NCBI GenBank assembly: GCA_021300195.1
Contig: JAJTIE010000018.1
Coordinates: 84,393-148,392 of the forward strand
Origin: Bacteroidota bacterium
GTDB taxonomy: Bacteria > Bacteroidota > Bacteroidia > J057 > JAJTIE01
Direction of reading: 5' to 3'
DNA length: 64,000 bases
The translations under genes and the position numbers were made by a program. Position 1 is the stretch's first letter; each line of letters opens with the position of its first letter. Under the pieces are notes generated by a model. It worked only from the letters and a program-made list of their open reading frames with translations, made no database searches and had not been told where the DNA came from. Below are positions 44,447 through 54,453 of this stretch, one piece after another.

Positions 44447-47118
44447 CGGATGAGTGTAACGGTACCCGTCAGTACCTCGCCGTTTTCCAGCTGTAGGCTG
44501 TACACATAGGCTCCCTCGGGTGCTGGTGTTTTGCCCTCTACGGTGCCGTCCCAAGCTCCCGCACCCCGGTATACCTGGTTCCCCCAGTAGTCATAAATTA
44601 CATGCTGTACAATGCGGGGAAAGAACACCTCTGCCCGGCCCGGCCAGTAGTCATTCAGGCCGTCTGCATTCGGGCTGAAGGCATTGGGTACCCGCAGCTG
44701 CTTCCCCAGCACCTGTATACAGCCGGTGCAACGCGCCTGCCACGCACAGCCATCCCGGTCTGTAGCCGTCAGTTCCAGGTCATACAGGCCCGTGCTGTCC
44801 AGCCGGGCCACGATCCGTTCGCCCAGGTAGCTCTGCCCCCTTTGGCCGCCAATCCGCCAGCGGTATTCCACCGGATCCCCATCAAAAATGGCGGTGAAGC
44901 TCAGGTCCACATAGTCTTGTGCGTTCAGCTGCGCGCGCGCCTGCGCAGGCAGAAAGCGGAGGCTGGGCGTGAAAAGCGGAAACCGGGCTTCTACCCGCGT
45001 GCAGGGGTTTGCCGCATTTTCCACCACCAGCTGCAGGTTATTCGCCAGGCTGTCGGTCAGGCTGATGCGCGCACCCTGCCCTATCTGTACCGGGGGCTGC
45101 CCGGCCCCTGTGCCTACCCGTAGCCAGCGGTACGGTGCGCCTGGGCTGGCACGCTCAATCTCAAAATCATACCGATACGGAACACAGGAAGGAACAGCCC
45201 GGACGCCTACTTCCTCGGGTAGGGTAAGCAGTATGTCATAGGCCGTGCTGTAGATGCAGTCATTGTCTAGCGTGATGCTGAGCGTGATGCGGTGTGCGCC
45301 AGGCGTACTATAGGTGATGGGCGGCGGCAGTGCGCCGGCATAGCTGGCCAGGCTGGCACCCGGGCCAAAGTTCCAGCTATATACGGCAGCCACGGTGTCG
45401 CCCCCGGCTATGCCAAACTGGATGCGGTGCCCCACAAAGCACTGGGTGGCCTCCAGCAGGTATCGCTGGATAAGGGCCGTTCCGTCCAGTACGCCTAGTG
45501 TTAGGTCCACTGTTACACCGCACTGGTCTCGGATGGTGAGAGCCTGGGTAAGAGAGGGCCCCGTGAGCGACACGTTCTGGGTATCGATCGTGCCGAAGCT
45601 GCCCGAGCTCCCCCAGCGGTAGGTAAAGGGCGGTCGTCCCCCCCGTACGTTCGGCGCCCTTAGGGTAACGGTGCCTGGCCCACAGCTCACGAAGCTGGTA
45701 TCTCGGGCTGTAGGGAGATCCCAAAAGCTCACGACAATGGTGCGGCTTGCCTGTAGGCTTGCTTCGCCGGCGCGGCACGAGTCTCGCACCCTAAGCGTAT
45801 AGCTGCCCGGTGCCGTTATCTCTATCCGGTTGGTGTTGCCTGGGCTGGCGGCCCCCCAGCTGTAGGTGTAGTTTCCGTAGCCCCCACTTACCAGGGCTTC
45901 CAGCACCTTGCCAGGTTCGGTGGTGCAGAAGCGCAAGCTGGCAGGCGCTGTAACCTGCAGGGGCTGAAAGTCGCGTAATACAAAGGTATCCCGCAGTGCC
46001 AGTATCCGGCTGCCACACGATTCGCTGAAGAGGTTGAGCTCCAGCCGTTCCTCGCCCTCCACCAGGGCATCGTCCAGCACCGTTACCGGTATTGTCAGTG
46101 TAGCCTGTCCGGGGGCCAGCGTCTGTGGGCTGGCCACGCCCAGGCTGTAGTCCAGGCCTGCTGTGGCGCTGCCGCCCAGCGTCCAGCTTATCTGGGCGGG
46201 CTGAGATAGGTCTCCGCTCCTTGTTACCGCCAGCTGCTGGCTATTGCCGCAGTTTTCTGCCAGTATGCTGGCATTCAGGCTGTTTTCAGCCCTTACCGCA
46301 TACAGGTTGCTGGTAAAGCTCCCGGCTTCGAGAAACACGCCAGAGTCCACGGTTGCATCTCCCACATCGGCCACAATCAGTTCGATGCGGTACGTTTGGC
46401 AGGGCTGTACGGTGGCCACGGCCTCCAGTAGTACGGTCAGCCCATCGTACGCCACGGTAGTAAACACCGGCCCGCCAGCCGCAGAATTGTCTACATAGAA
46501 AAGCGGATTTGTAGGTGCCACGGGCGGCACATCAAACGGATTCCCACCATTCACGTTTGCTATGCTGATCGGGGTACTTGTTCCGGGGATTACAGCCAGG
46601 TTCTGCCGCCCGGCTATGCCGGGGCCCGATATCAGTAAGCCAAACACATCATTGAAAAGTGAACCCACAAATTCGGGATACTCTTCGCTGCCAAATACAT
46701 ATCGAAAACTGAGCCTGTTTCCTGAGGGAATTACGTCAAAGGCCAGCACCACCGCATCTTCGCTGGCAGCGCCTGCTGTGGTGGTTGCCCACAAGTTGCC
46801 TTCTGTACCATTTACCCAGGTCGGTAAGTTGAAGCCTGGCCCTGTTGCAAGCCCGGCTAGCCCAGTGGTGAGCACAATACCAGTCCGAATCGGAAAACCG
46901 GAATTTGTATTCTGAAACAAACCCGACGCATCTATGGCCCCGGTGTAGCTGGCATTCTGGATCGTTACACCCGTCCCTGCGAGCGCCCCCGCCAGCTGCG
47001 TGGCACTTCCGCCGGGTGTAACCTGCAGCGGCTGGGCATGTGCCGACCAGCACAGCACCCCCAGCAGAATACAGCGCGTGGACCAGACAAGGCGGAAACA
47101 GGTAAATGCGTTAACCAT
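44443..47118 (-). CDS. Large secreted cell-surface protein with Calx-beta, SprB/PKD-like repeats and a T9SS type-B C-terminal sorting domain (paralog A)
   Basis: 891 aa. Signal-like N-terminus. Shares a conserved N-terminal domain of about 270 aa with paralog B (VTIQNA.YTG...A.GLF.NT...FPI..G.VLTTG; FRYVF.SEEY.EFV.S.FND.FGLLISGPGI.GRQNLA..PGT). Calx-beta-like block (WTLGGSATAGLDYS...VLDDALVEGEERLEL). GGYGNYTYSWG repeats. The C-terminal PNAFSPNADGLNDYW...WDG...GAYVYSLQL...GTVTLIR is the gliding-motility-associated/T9SS type-B CTD. Confidence 0.8.
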   Translation of the reverse strand: MVNAFTCFRLVWSTRCILLGVLCWSAHAQPLQVTPGGSATQLAGALAGTGVTIQNASYTGAIDASGLFQNTNSGFPIRTGIVLTTGLAGLATGPGFNLPTWVNGTEGNLWATTTAGAASEDAVVLAFDVIPSGNRLSFRYVFGSEEYPEFVGSLFNDVFGLLISGPGIAGRQNLAVIPGTSTPISIANVNGGNPFDVPPVAPTNPLFYVDNSAAGGPVFTTVAYDGLTVLLEAVATVQPCQTYRIELIVADVGDATVDSGVFLEAGSFTSNLYAVRAENSLNASILAENCGNSQQLAVTRSGDLSQPAQISWTLGGSATAGLDYSLGVASPQTLAPGQATLTIPVTVLDDALVEGEERLELNLFSESCGSRILALRDTFVLRDFQPLQVTAPASLRFCTTEPGKVLEALVSGGYGNYTYSWGAASPGNTNRIEITAPGSYTLRVRDSCRAGEASLQASRTIVVSFWDLPTARDTSFVSCGPGTVTLRAPNVRGGRPPFTYRWGSSGSFGTIDTQNVSLTGPSLTQALTIRDQCGVTVDLTLGVLDGTALIQRYLLEATQCFVGHRIQFGIAGGDTVAAVYSWNFGPGASLASYAGALPPPITYSTPGAHRITLSITLDNDCIYSTAYDILLTLPEEVGVRAVPSCVPYRYDFEIERASPGAPYRWLRVGTGAGQPPVQIGQGARISLTDSLANNLQLVVENAANPCTRVEARFPLFTPSLRFLPAQARAQLNAQDYVDLSFTAIFDGDPVEYRWRIGGQRGQSYLGERIVARLDSTGLYDLELTATDRDGCAWQARCTGCIQVLGKQLRVPNAFSPNADGLNDYWPGRAEVFFPRIVQHVIYDYWGNQVYRGAGAWDGTVEGKTPAPEGAYVYSLQLENGEVLTGTVTLIR

Positions 47119-48475
47119 AATAGCAGGGGGAAGTATTCCGAGTAATAGAACGAGCAGAGCCGCCCCTTAGTGCGCTCTCGGGAGCCCCACACGGAGCTAA
47201 TCTACAGGCAAATACAGGCAGGTTGATATTTCTGCCCCAGACTTGGCATACAAGCCTTGCGTTTCCATCAAATCTTCAAGAAATGCGTGTAATCTGCGCT
47301 GATAGATCGCTTGTTGGCTCCTATCCTTTTATTCGCAAAAGAAGGACACCCGCTCTTATCTATCGAATGCCGGGATCGGGCTTTATATCAGTACACCCCT
47401 TACCGTAGTAAGGTTACACTGCCAGTGAAGGACTGGTTGTCCTCCAGTTCCAACACATAGAAATAGGTTCCCTCGAATGCATTGGCCCCGTCAGTGGTTC
47501 CATCCCAGGCATTCTGCCCCTCATAGGCCAGCACACCCAGGCGGTCAAATATCTTCAGGCTGGCTACCCGCACTGGCCAGAGTGTATTCACATTGTCGGG
47601 CCAGCGGTCATTTCGGCCATCGGCATTAGGGGTAAACACATTGGAAAGCTGCAGGCGTACCGTGCCGGGCAAAATGGTGATGCATTGTTCACAGCGTGCA
47701 GACCAGTCACATCCGTCTGCATCCGTTACCGTTAGGGTAAAGCTGTAAGTACCTGTTGCTTCAAAAAGCATCGATACCTCGGGCCCAGTGTAGCTACCCG
47801 CACCCGGCAGTTCATCTATCTGCCAGCTATATAGGTTGCCATCGCCACGGAAGAAGCCGAGGAAGGGCAGCTCGGCAAAGCCGAGCTCATTCAGCTTTGC
47901 TTCGCCTGATACTGGCAGAAAGCTGGCCACAGGCCTGGCCAGGGCATAGCGCCGCTGCACACGGGTACACGGGTTTTGCACATTGGTAAGCAGCAGGGTG
48001 ATGCTGTCTTGCGTCGCCTCTTCCAGGTCCAAGCTGCTGCCGGTGCTCGGCAGAGGCGTTTCGGTACCCGTGGCGGGGTCTACCCGGCTCCAGCGGTAGT
48101 CTGCACCGGCAGTGGGGTTCTCTACCACGAACTGATAAAGATTGGCCTGGCAGGTGGCCACCTGTGCCAGTGCCACCTCCTCGGGCGTGGTTAGGCGTAC
48201 CACAAGGCTCGTGTCATAGTTGCAGCCGCCCGGTAGCGCTATATTCAGCGAGATGGTGTATACCCCGGCGGCGGCGTAGGTAACCACTGGCGGCAGGGCA
48301 CCCGCATGGGTAGCCGGGCTGGCACCGGGGCCGAAGCTCCAGCTGTAGGCACCCGCTATGGGTACCGCAGCTCCAGCTACCTGAAGGTCCACCGCATGCC
48401 CCTCGAAGCACTGTAGACTGTCTACCCGATAACGCTGCACGCCCACCGGTGTATCCACTACTGTAAGCTGCACAG

Positions 48476-48551
48476 TGTCTGTTTCGCCACATTGGTCGCG
48501 CACCACCAGTGCCTGGCTGTAGGGGAAGCCCGCCAGGTTCACCTCAAAAGT
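48476..48551 (-). repeat. Intragenic direct repeat, copy 1 (partner at 49565..49640)
   Basis: tgtctgtttCgccAcaTtggtcgcgcaccaccagtgcctggctgtaggggaagcccgCcaggttcacctcaaaaG, compared with copy 2. The offset is exactly 1,089 nt (363 codons). Within the core, 56 of 57 nt are identical. Confidence 0.9.
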
Positions 48552-49564
48552 AGATGCTGGCACAAAGGTACCCCCCGCTGTCCACTGATATTCAAAGGGG
48601 GGCAGGCCGCCCAGCACCTGCGGGGCCTGCAGCGTGTAGGCACCCAGCAGGCAGTGCGCATAGGTGCTATCTTGCATAGCCGGTTCAGAGTATATTTCCA
48701 CGTCAAAGTCCAAGGTCTCTGTTAGCCTGGTACCGCTGCTACAGCTGTCCACCACCAGCAGGCTATAAGTGCCCGATGCGCTGGGGACAATGGTAGGGGT
48801 GGTTTGGCCAGTGCTCCACAGGTACCTGTAGTTGCCAAAGCCCCCCGAAACCGTAGGGCCGATCGTTTTATCCGCAGCAAGGCAGAACTGCTGCTCAGCG
48901 TCGTGCACCGCCACCAGCGGCCTGAAGTCGCGAATGACAAAGGTGTCCCGCACCTCGGTAGCACGGCCCGCACACAGGCCAGTAGCTGGCGTGTAGTTGA
49001 AGATTAGCTCCAGCGTCTCATCGGTCTCATCTAGTACATCAGTAAGTACGTTGACAGGCAGCTCTATCTCCTCCTGCCCCACGGCAAAGGTCTGCGGGCT
49101 GGTAAGGCCCAGGGTGTAGTCCAGCCCCTGGGTAGCGGTGCCCGCCAGTGTCCAGCTCAGGGTCTCTGCGGTGGTGGTGCCGCCCGTTCGGCGGATGCGT
49201 ATCCGCTGATTGGTGCCACAGTTTTCGACCAGTGTATCGGAGCCAAAGCCCTGCAATACAACACTTTCCAACGGTAGCTCCAGGGTTAACAGAAAGGTGT
49301 CTCGTGTGATGCATCCACTGGCAAGCTGCACCGCCAGGGTGATTTCGTGCATCCCGGCCTGGCTGTAGGTGATGCCGGTGGGGGCTACCTGGTTGCTCGT
49401 GCCGGGGGTGGCCTCGGGCCCGAAGTCCCAGGTGTAAGTGCCCGCCTCTATTGTGCCCGCTGTGGCAAAGCCCAGGCTATGGCCCGCAAAGCACTGCTCG
49501 GCCATGTAGGAGTAGGTTTGGCTTAGCGGGGTGTCCACCTCGTTGCTTACGGTCAGCTGTACTG

Positions 49565-49640
49565 TGTCTGTTTGGCCGCACTGGTCGCGCACCACCAGTG
49601 CCTGGCTGTAGGGGAAGCCCGTCAGGTTCACCTCAAAAAT
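49565..49640 (-). repeat. Intragenic direct repeat, copy 2
   Basis: tgtctgtttGgccGcaCtggtcgcgcaccaccagtgcctggctgtaggggaagcccgTcaggttcacctcaaaaA. See copy 1. Confidence 0.9.
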
Positions 49641-49693
49641 AGCCTCAGGCACGAAGGCACCGCCCACCGCCCACTGATAGGCATAGGGCCGCA

Positions 49694-49703
49694 CCCCCCC
49701 CCC
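49694..49703 (-). repeat. Homopolymer: 10 x C on the plus strand (G10 in the coding sense) at the frameshift site
   Basis: Direct count: g-c-a-C(49694..49703)-a-g-c. The sense strand reads CAG GTG CTG GGG GGG GGG TGC GGC CCT ATG. Confidence 0.95.
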
Positions 49704-51433
49704 AGCACCTGCGGGGCCTGCAGCGAGTAGGCACCCAGCGTGCAGTGTGTGTAGGTCGTGTCGTTGCTGCTTATTCCATCCGTCCCTACGAAGCTGACGC
49801 TTACGGTCTTTACCACCTCGGTACTGCTGGCACCCACGGGGCAGGAGTCGCGTACGGCTACTGTATAGGTGCCGGGTGCCGTTATGGCCAGGTCGGCCCC
49901 CTGGGGTGCGCCTGTCCAGCGGAAGCGGTAGTTGCCAAAGGCACCACTAGCCGTAGCGGTCAGGGTCTTTGTGGGGGCGGAGGCGCAGAAGGTTACCTCG
50001 CCGGGCACGGTAACCACCAGCGGCTGAAAGTCGCGAATGCGGAAGGTATCCTTTAGGGCCAGGATGGGCGAGCCGCACAGGCTGCTGAACAGATCGAACT
50101 CCAGGGTCTCCGTCCCCTCCACCAGGGCATCACTCAGGATGGTAACCGGTATCTCAATAACCGCCTGACCGGCGGGCAGCAGCTGGGGGCTGCTGAGGCC
50201 CAGCGTATAGTCCACCCCCTGGGTAGCGGTGCCACCCACCACCCAGCTGATCGTTACGGGCTGATCTATGTCGCCCGTACGTTCCAGCACGATCTTCTGT
50301 TCGTCGCCGCAGTTCTCGGCAAAGTCTACCTCACTTAGCGCATTCTCTACCTGCAGGGCATAGTTCTCCTCGCTGGTGAAGCTCTCGGCTTCTAGGAACA
50401 CACCCGAATCAAGTGTTGGATCTCCAATGTCCGAGACAATCAGTTCGATTCGATAGGTTTGGCAGGGTTGCACCTCGGCCTCGGCCTCCAGCAGCACCGT
50501 TAGCCCATCATACTGGGTAACCTCGCGCAGCGGGCTATCCAGGGGCGTGTTGTCGATGAAAAACTCAGGATTGGAAGGAATGGAAAGAATATCGTCATTT
50601 CCATTATTGACGGTGTTAATCGTAACGGGTACGCTGGTGCCCGGCACCAGTGCCAGGTTTTGCCTGCCCACTATACCCGGGCCCGAAATAAGCAGCCCAA
50701 AAATGTCATTAAATTCTGAGTATACAAACTCTCGATATTCCTCGCTGGCAAACACATACCGAAACTTCAGCCGGTTTCCGCCGGGCACCACATCGAAGGC
50801 GAGTACCGCCGCATCTCGGCTCTCTCTTCCGGTTGTGGTTTCGGCCCAGGCGTTTGGCCAGGTATTTATGGGAACCCCAAAGAGGTTTCTTACCGTGTTA
50901 TCAATAGTGGCGTTTTCTATGTCGTTAGGCCCGGCAGCTACAGTAGCCCTACCCGTGGTGAGCACCAGGCCCCGCTGGATGGGAAAGTCCTCACTGGTGT
51001 TTTCAAACAAGCCCACGGCATTTGGTGGGCCAGTGTAGATTGCGTTCTGGATCGTAACGCCCGCACCCTCCAGAGATTCGGACAATGTCGTAGCATTATT
51101 GTTCGTGGTTATTTGCAAGGCCTGCCCTGTCACTAGTTGTACCAAGCCGAGCCCCGACAGGTAAAGAAGCAAGAGAAGGCGGAGATGAATGCGTATCATC
51201 ATTATGTAGCGGTCGTCTAAAAAATTATAGCTAGCTCTTGTGTCGGCAAGTGAGGGCTGTCGCACTAAGCCTTTTCCCGACCAGGCGCACGCACCAGATA
51301 GGAACAGCAACAGATAAGACAACAATGAAAAGATGAACATAATGAATTCGGGACAGATAGCGTCCATGAAAAAACTGAACGGCTCAAATTTGTGTTTGAA
51401 CAGTCATGGAAGACAGGTTCGTGCTAAAATGCG

Positions 51434-51441
51434 TAATTTTG
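51434..51441 (+). promoter_or_regulatory. -7 box (TAATTTTG) upstream of sucA
   Basis: Exact TAnnTTTG match, 56 nt before ATG 51498. Confidence 0.4.
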
Positions 51442-51497
51442 CATCCCGCGAGCTTTAAGTATTGATTTTCACCCCCACTTCCTTCCGGACTGTAAAC

Positions 51498-54260
51498 ATG
51501 GACACTCTCTCTTACTTGTCGAATGCTGAGATTGGCTTTATCGACGGGCTGTATACCCAGTATCAGCAAGACCCCGAGTCTGTAGCCTACGAGTGGAAGC
51601 GCTTTTTCGAGGGTTTTACCTTTGCCCGCAGCCAGTACAACAATGGGCAGACGGCGAAAAATGCCGGTGTGGCCGATAGTCCGGAGCACATAGCCAAAGA
51701 GATTAGCGTAGTTAACCTGATCAATGCCTACCGCAGCCGCGGCCACCTGTTTGCAAAAACAAACCCCATCCTGCCCCGCCGAGACTTTCAGCCTACGCTG
51801 GCCATCGAGAACTTTGGCCTTGCCGAGTCCGACCTGGATCAGGTGTTCGTTAGCGGCTCCGAGCTGGGCATCGGTGCCCGCCCCCTGCGAGCCATTGTGG
51901 CCCATCTGGAGGCCACGTATTGCGGCACCATCGGCATCGAGTATCGCTACATCCGCAATCCGCGCATTACCGGCTGGTTCGAAGAGCGCATAGAGGGCAG
52001 CAAGATGCAGCCAAACTTTGACACAGCCCGGAAAAAGACCATCCTGGAGATGCTGGGCAAAAGCAGCTCCTTCGAGCAGTTTCTGCACCGCAAGTTTGTG
52101 GGCCAGAAGCGATTCAGCCTGGAGGGGGCCGAGTCCGTAATCCCCGCCCTGCACGCCATCATCGAAGAGGGAGCCGATCTGGGTATACAGGAGTTCGTAC
52201 TCGGCATGGCCCACCGGGGTCGCCTGAATGTGCTGACCAACATCCTGCGCAAGGAGTATGACAATGTGTTCAGCGAGTTTGAGGGCCGCTACCTGAGCGA
52301 CCACGTCTTTGACGGAGACGTGAAGTACCACCTGGGCCACAGCTCGGATATAGAAACCCGGACTGGGAAAAAGGTACACCTGAGCCTGATGCCGAACCCC
52401 AGCCACCTGGAGGCCGTAGACCCCATTGTGCTCGGCTCGGCCCGGGCAAAGATGGATGCCGTCTATAACCATGACCATAGCCGCATCTGCCCCATCCTGA
52501 TCCACGGAGATGCCGCCCTGGCCGGCCAGGGTGTGGTGTATGAGCTGATACAGATGAGCCGCCTGAAGGGCTACGAGGTAGGCGGAACCATACATATTGT
52601 ACTGAACAACCAGATTGGCTTCACTACCGACTGGCGCGATGCCCGCAGCAGCACCTACTGTACCGACGTGGCCAAGGTAACCCTGAGTCCGGTCTTCCAT
52701 GTAAACGGAGACGACCCCGAGGCCTTCTACTACGTAGCCCAGATAGCCATGGCTTTCCGCCAAGCGTTTAATCGGGACGTGTTTATAGACGTAGTGTGCT
52801 ACCGCAAGTATGGCCACAATGAGGGCGACGAACCCCGGTTTACCCAGCCAGGGATGTACCAGGCCATTTCAAAGCAAAAGAGCCCTTTTGAGGTATATGC
52901 CCAGAAGCTGATAGCCGAGAACGCCATAGACGCCCCCTACCTGAAGAACCTGCAGCAGCAGCAGGCCGGATACCTGGACAAGGAATGGGAGGAGAGCAAG
53001 GTATACGCCTACGAGCTGGGCACCCCACCCGCCCGCCTGTGGCACGGCCTGGCGTACTACGACGATAAAACCGTGGAGCCCAATCCCGCGACCCAGATCA
53101 GCCAGGAGGTAGCCCTGCAAATTGCCACCCTGTCCACCCAGCTGCCCGAAGGCTTTGTGCCACACAAAAACATAGAGAAGCTGCTGCAGCAACGCCGAGA
53201 GATGGTGCAGTCGACCGGCAAAATAGACTGGGGCATGGCTGAGCACCTGGCCTACGGCTCCATCCTGCTGGACGGAAGGGACGTGCGCATAAGCGGCCAG
53301 GATGTACAGCGCGGCACCTTCAGCCACCGCCACGCGGTGCTGCACGACATGGAGAACCTGCCCAGCACCCACATCCCGCTGAACCATCTGGCTGAGCAGC
53401 AGGGCCACCTCTCCATCTACAACTCCCTGCTGAGCGAGTATGCCGTACTCGGCTTTGAAACCGGCTATGCCCTGAGTGCCCCCCATGGCCTCACCATCTG
53501 GGAAGCCCAGTTTGGCGACTTTGTGAATGGTGCCCAGATTATTATCGATCAGTTCCTCAGCGCCAGCAAAACCAAATGGCAGCGCCTGTGTGGCCTGGTG
53601 CTACTGCTGCCACATGGCTACGAGGGCCAGGGCCCCGAGCACAGCTCGGCCCGCATGGAGCGCTTCCTGGTGCTGTGCGCCGAGAACAATATGTACATCA
53701 CCAACTGCACCACCCCGGCCAACCTCTTCCACGCACTGCGCCGCCAGGTGTATAGCAACACCCGCCGCCCGCTGGTCGTCTTCACCCCCAAGAGCCTGCT
53801 GCGCCACCCGCGATGCGTAAGCAGCCTGGAAGATTTTACCGCAACGGCCAGCTTCCAGGAGCTGATAGACGATGCCACTGCCGACCCGAAGAAGGTGGAG
53901 CGACTGGTATTTGTGAATGGCAAGCTGTATTACGACCTGCTGGAGCAGAAAGAGAAGCACCAGCAAGACAAGGTGGCCCTGATACGGCTAGAGCAGCTGT
54001 ACCCACTGCCCCAGCAGGAGATAGAGGCTACCCTGAAAAAGTATAAGAAGGCTAGCAGCTATGTGTGGGCACAAGAGGAACCCGAGAATATGGGTGCCTG
54101 GCCCTTTGTGGCCCGTAAGCTACGCCAGATACCCCTGGAGGTAGTGGCACGCAAGGAGAGCGCCAGCCCCGCCACCGGCACCGCCAGCCAGCACAAGCGG
54201 CAGCAGGAATACATCATCCGTACGGCCCTGAACCTGGCACCAGAGCTGGAGCTGGCATAG
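51498..54260 (+). CDS. sucA: 2-oxoglutarate dehydrogenase E1 component
   Basis: I trimmed the ORF to the ATG at 51498 (MDTLSYLSNAEIGFIDGLYTQYQQDP). 920 aa. Motifs RGHL.A..NPL, GMAHRGRLNVL, HGDAA.AGQGVV.E, and LLLPHGYEGQGPEHSSAR. Confidence 0.93.
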   Translation: MDTLSYLSNAEIGFIDGLYTQYQQDPESVAYEWKRFFEGFTFARSQYNNGQTAKNAGVADSPEHIAKEISVVNLINAYRSRGHLFAKTNPILPRRDFQPTLAIENFGLAESDLDQVFVSGSELGIGARPLRAIVAHLEATYCGTIGIEYRYIRNPRITGWFEERIEGSKMQPNFDTARKKTILEMLGKSSSFEQFLHRKFVGQKRFSLEGAESVIPALHAIIEEGADLGIQEFVLGMAHRGRLNVLTNILRKEYDNVFSEFEGRYLSDHVFDGDVKYHLGHSSDIETRTGKKVHLSLMPNPSHLEAVDPIVLGSARAKMDAVYNHDHSRICPILIHGDAALAGQGVVYELIQMSRLKGYEVGGTIHIVLNNQIGFTTDWRDARSSTYCTDVAKVTLSPVFHVNGDDPEAFYYVAQIAMAFRQAFNRDVFIDVVCYRKYGHNEGDEPRFTQPGMYQAISKQKSPFEVYAQKLIAENAIDAPYLKNLQQQQAGYLDKEWEESKVYAYELGTPPARLWHGLAYYDDKTVEPNPATQISQEVALQIATLSTQLPEGFVPHKNIEKLLQQRREMVQSTGKIDWGMAEHLAYGSILLDGRDVRISGQDVQRGTFSHRHAVLHDMENLPSTHIPLNHLAEQQGHLSIYNSLLSEYAVLGFETGYALSAPHGLTIWEAQFGDFVNGAQIIIDQFLSASKTKWQRLCGLVLLLPHGYEGQGPEHSSARMERFLVLCAENNMYITNCTTPANLFHALRRQVYSNTRRPLVVFTPKSLLRHPRCVSSLEDFTATASFQELIDDATADPKKVERLVFVNGKLYYDLLEQKEKHQQDKVALIRLEQLYPLPQQEIEATLKKYKKASSYVWAQEEPENMGAWPFVARKLRQIPLEVVARKESASPATGTASQHKRQQEYIIRTALNLAPELELA

Positions 54261-54453
54261 CCGACTAGCCTGCCGGAATAGGCAGCCCGCCACAGGTCTA
54301 GCCACCCAGGCATTGGCCCGGCTAGGCTACTGCATAACAATGCCGCGTACAACACGCAGTCCCGTTGGGTTGCGCCCGAATATGTCGTAACTTTAGGCCC
54401 ATTTACAGTGCCGCTTCATCTCAGGCAAGGCTTTTGCCTATCCCGCTCTTCTT

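Larger units (their letters stand above)
47400..51202 (-). pseudogene. Paralog B of the T9SS type-B CTD surface protein, interrupted by a frameshift in a G10 tract (track ORFs 49628..51367 and 47400..49694)
   Basis: The upstream fragment (ATG 51202, MMIRIHLRLLLLLYLSG...) ends ...AYSLQAPQVLGGG, then 21 out-of-frame residues. The downstream fragment starts (V)RPYAYQWAVGGAFVPEAIFEVNLTGFPYSQALVVRDQCG. An internal repeat of the same gene reads AYTLQAPQVLGGLPPFEYQWTAGGTFVPASTFEVNLAGFPYSQALVVRDQCG, so the two ORFs are one gene. It has the same N-terminal domain, two Calx-beta modules and the same type-B CTD (NVFTPNADGRNDRW...WDG...GTYFYVLEL...GSVTLLR). Confidence 0.8.

Noticed and set aside
47400-51202. 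The idea that the adhesin's near-identical repeat pair is a diversity-generating retroelement template/variable-region pair.
   Set aside because: No reverse transcriptase or accessory gene lies nearby. The differences between the copies are not adenine-specific, and both copies are in-frame parts of the same ORF, so this is a simple module duplication.
51384-52817. A 477-aa ORF on the minus strand.
   Set aside because: It is entirely antisense to the strongly supported sucA gene. Its composition is Ala/Gly/Val/Leu-rich with no recognisable motifs, which is a typical GC-rich shadow ORF.
51498-54260. sucA is not followed by sucB (the E2 component).
   Set aside because: Split 2-oxoglutarate dehydrogenase loci are common, and nothing in the sequence suggests anything beyond ordinary gene-order variation.
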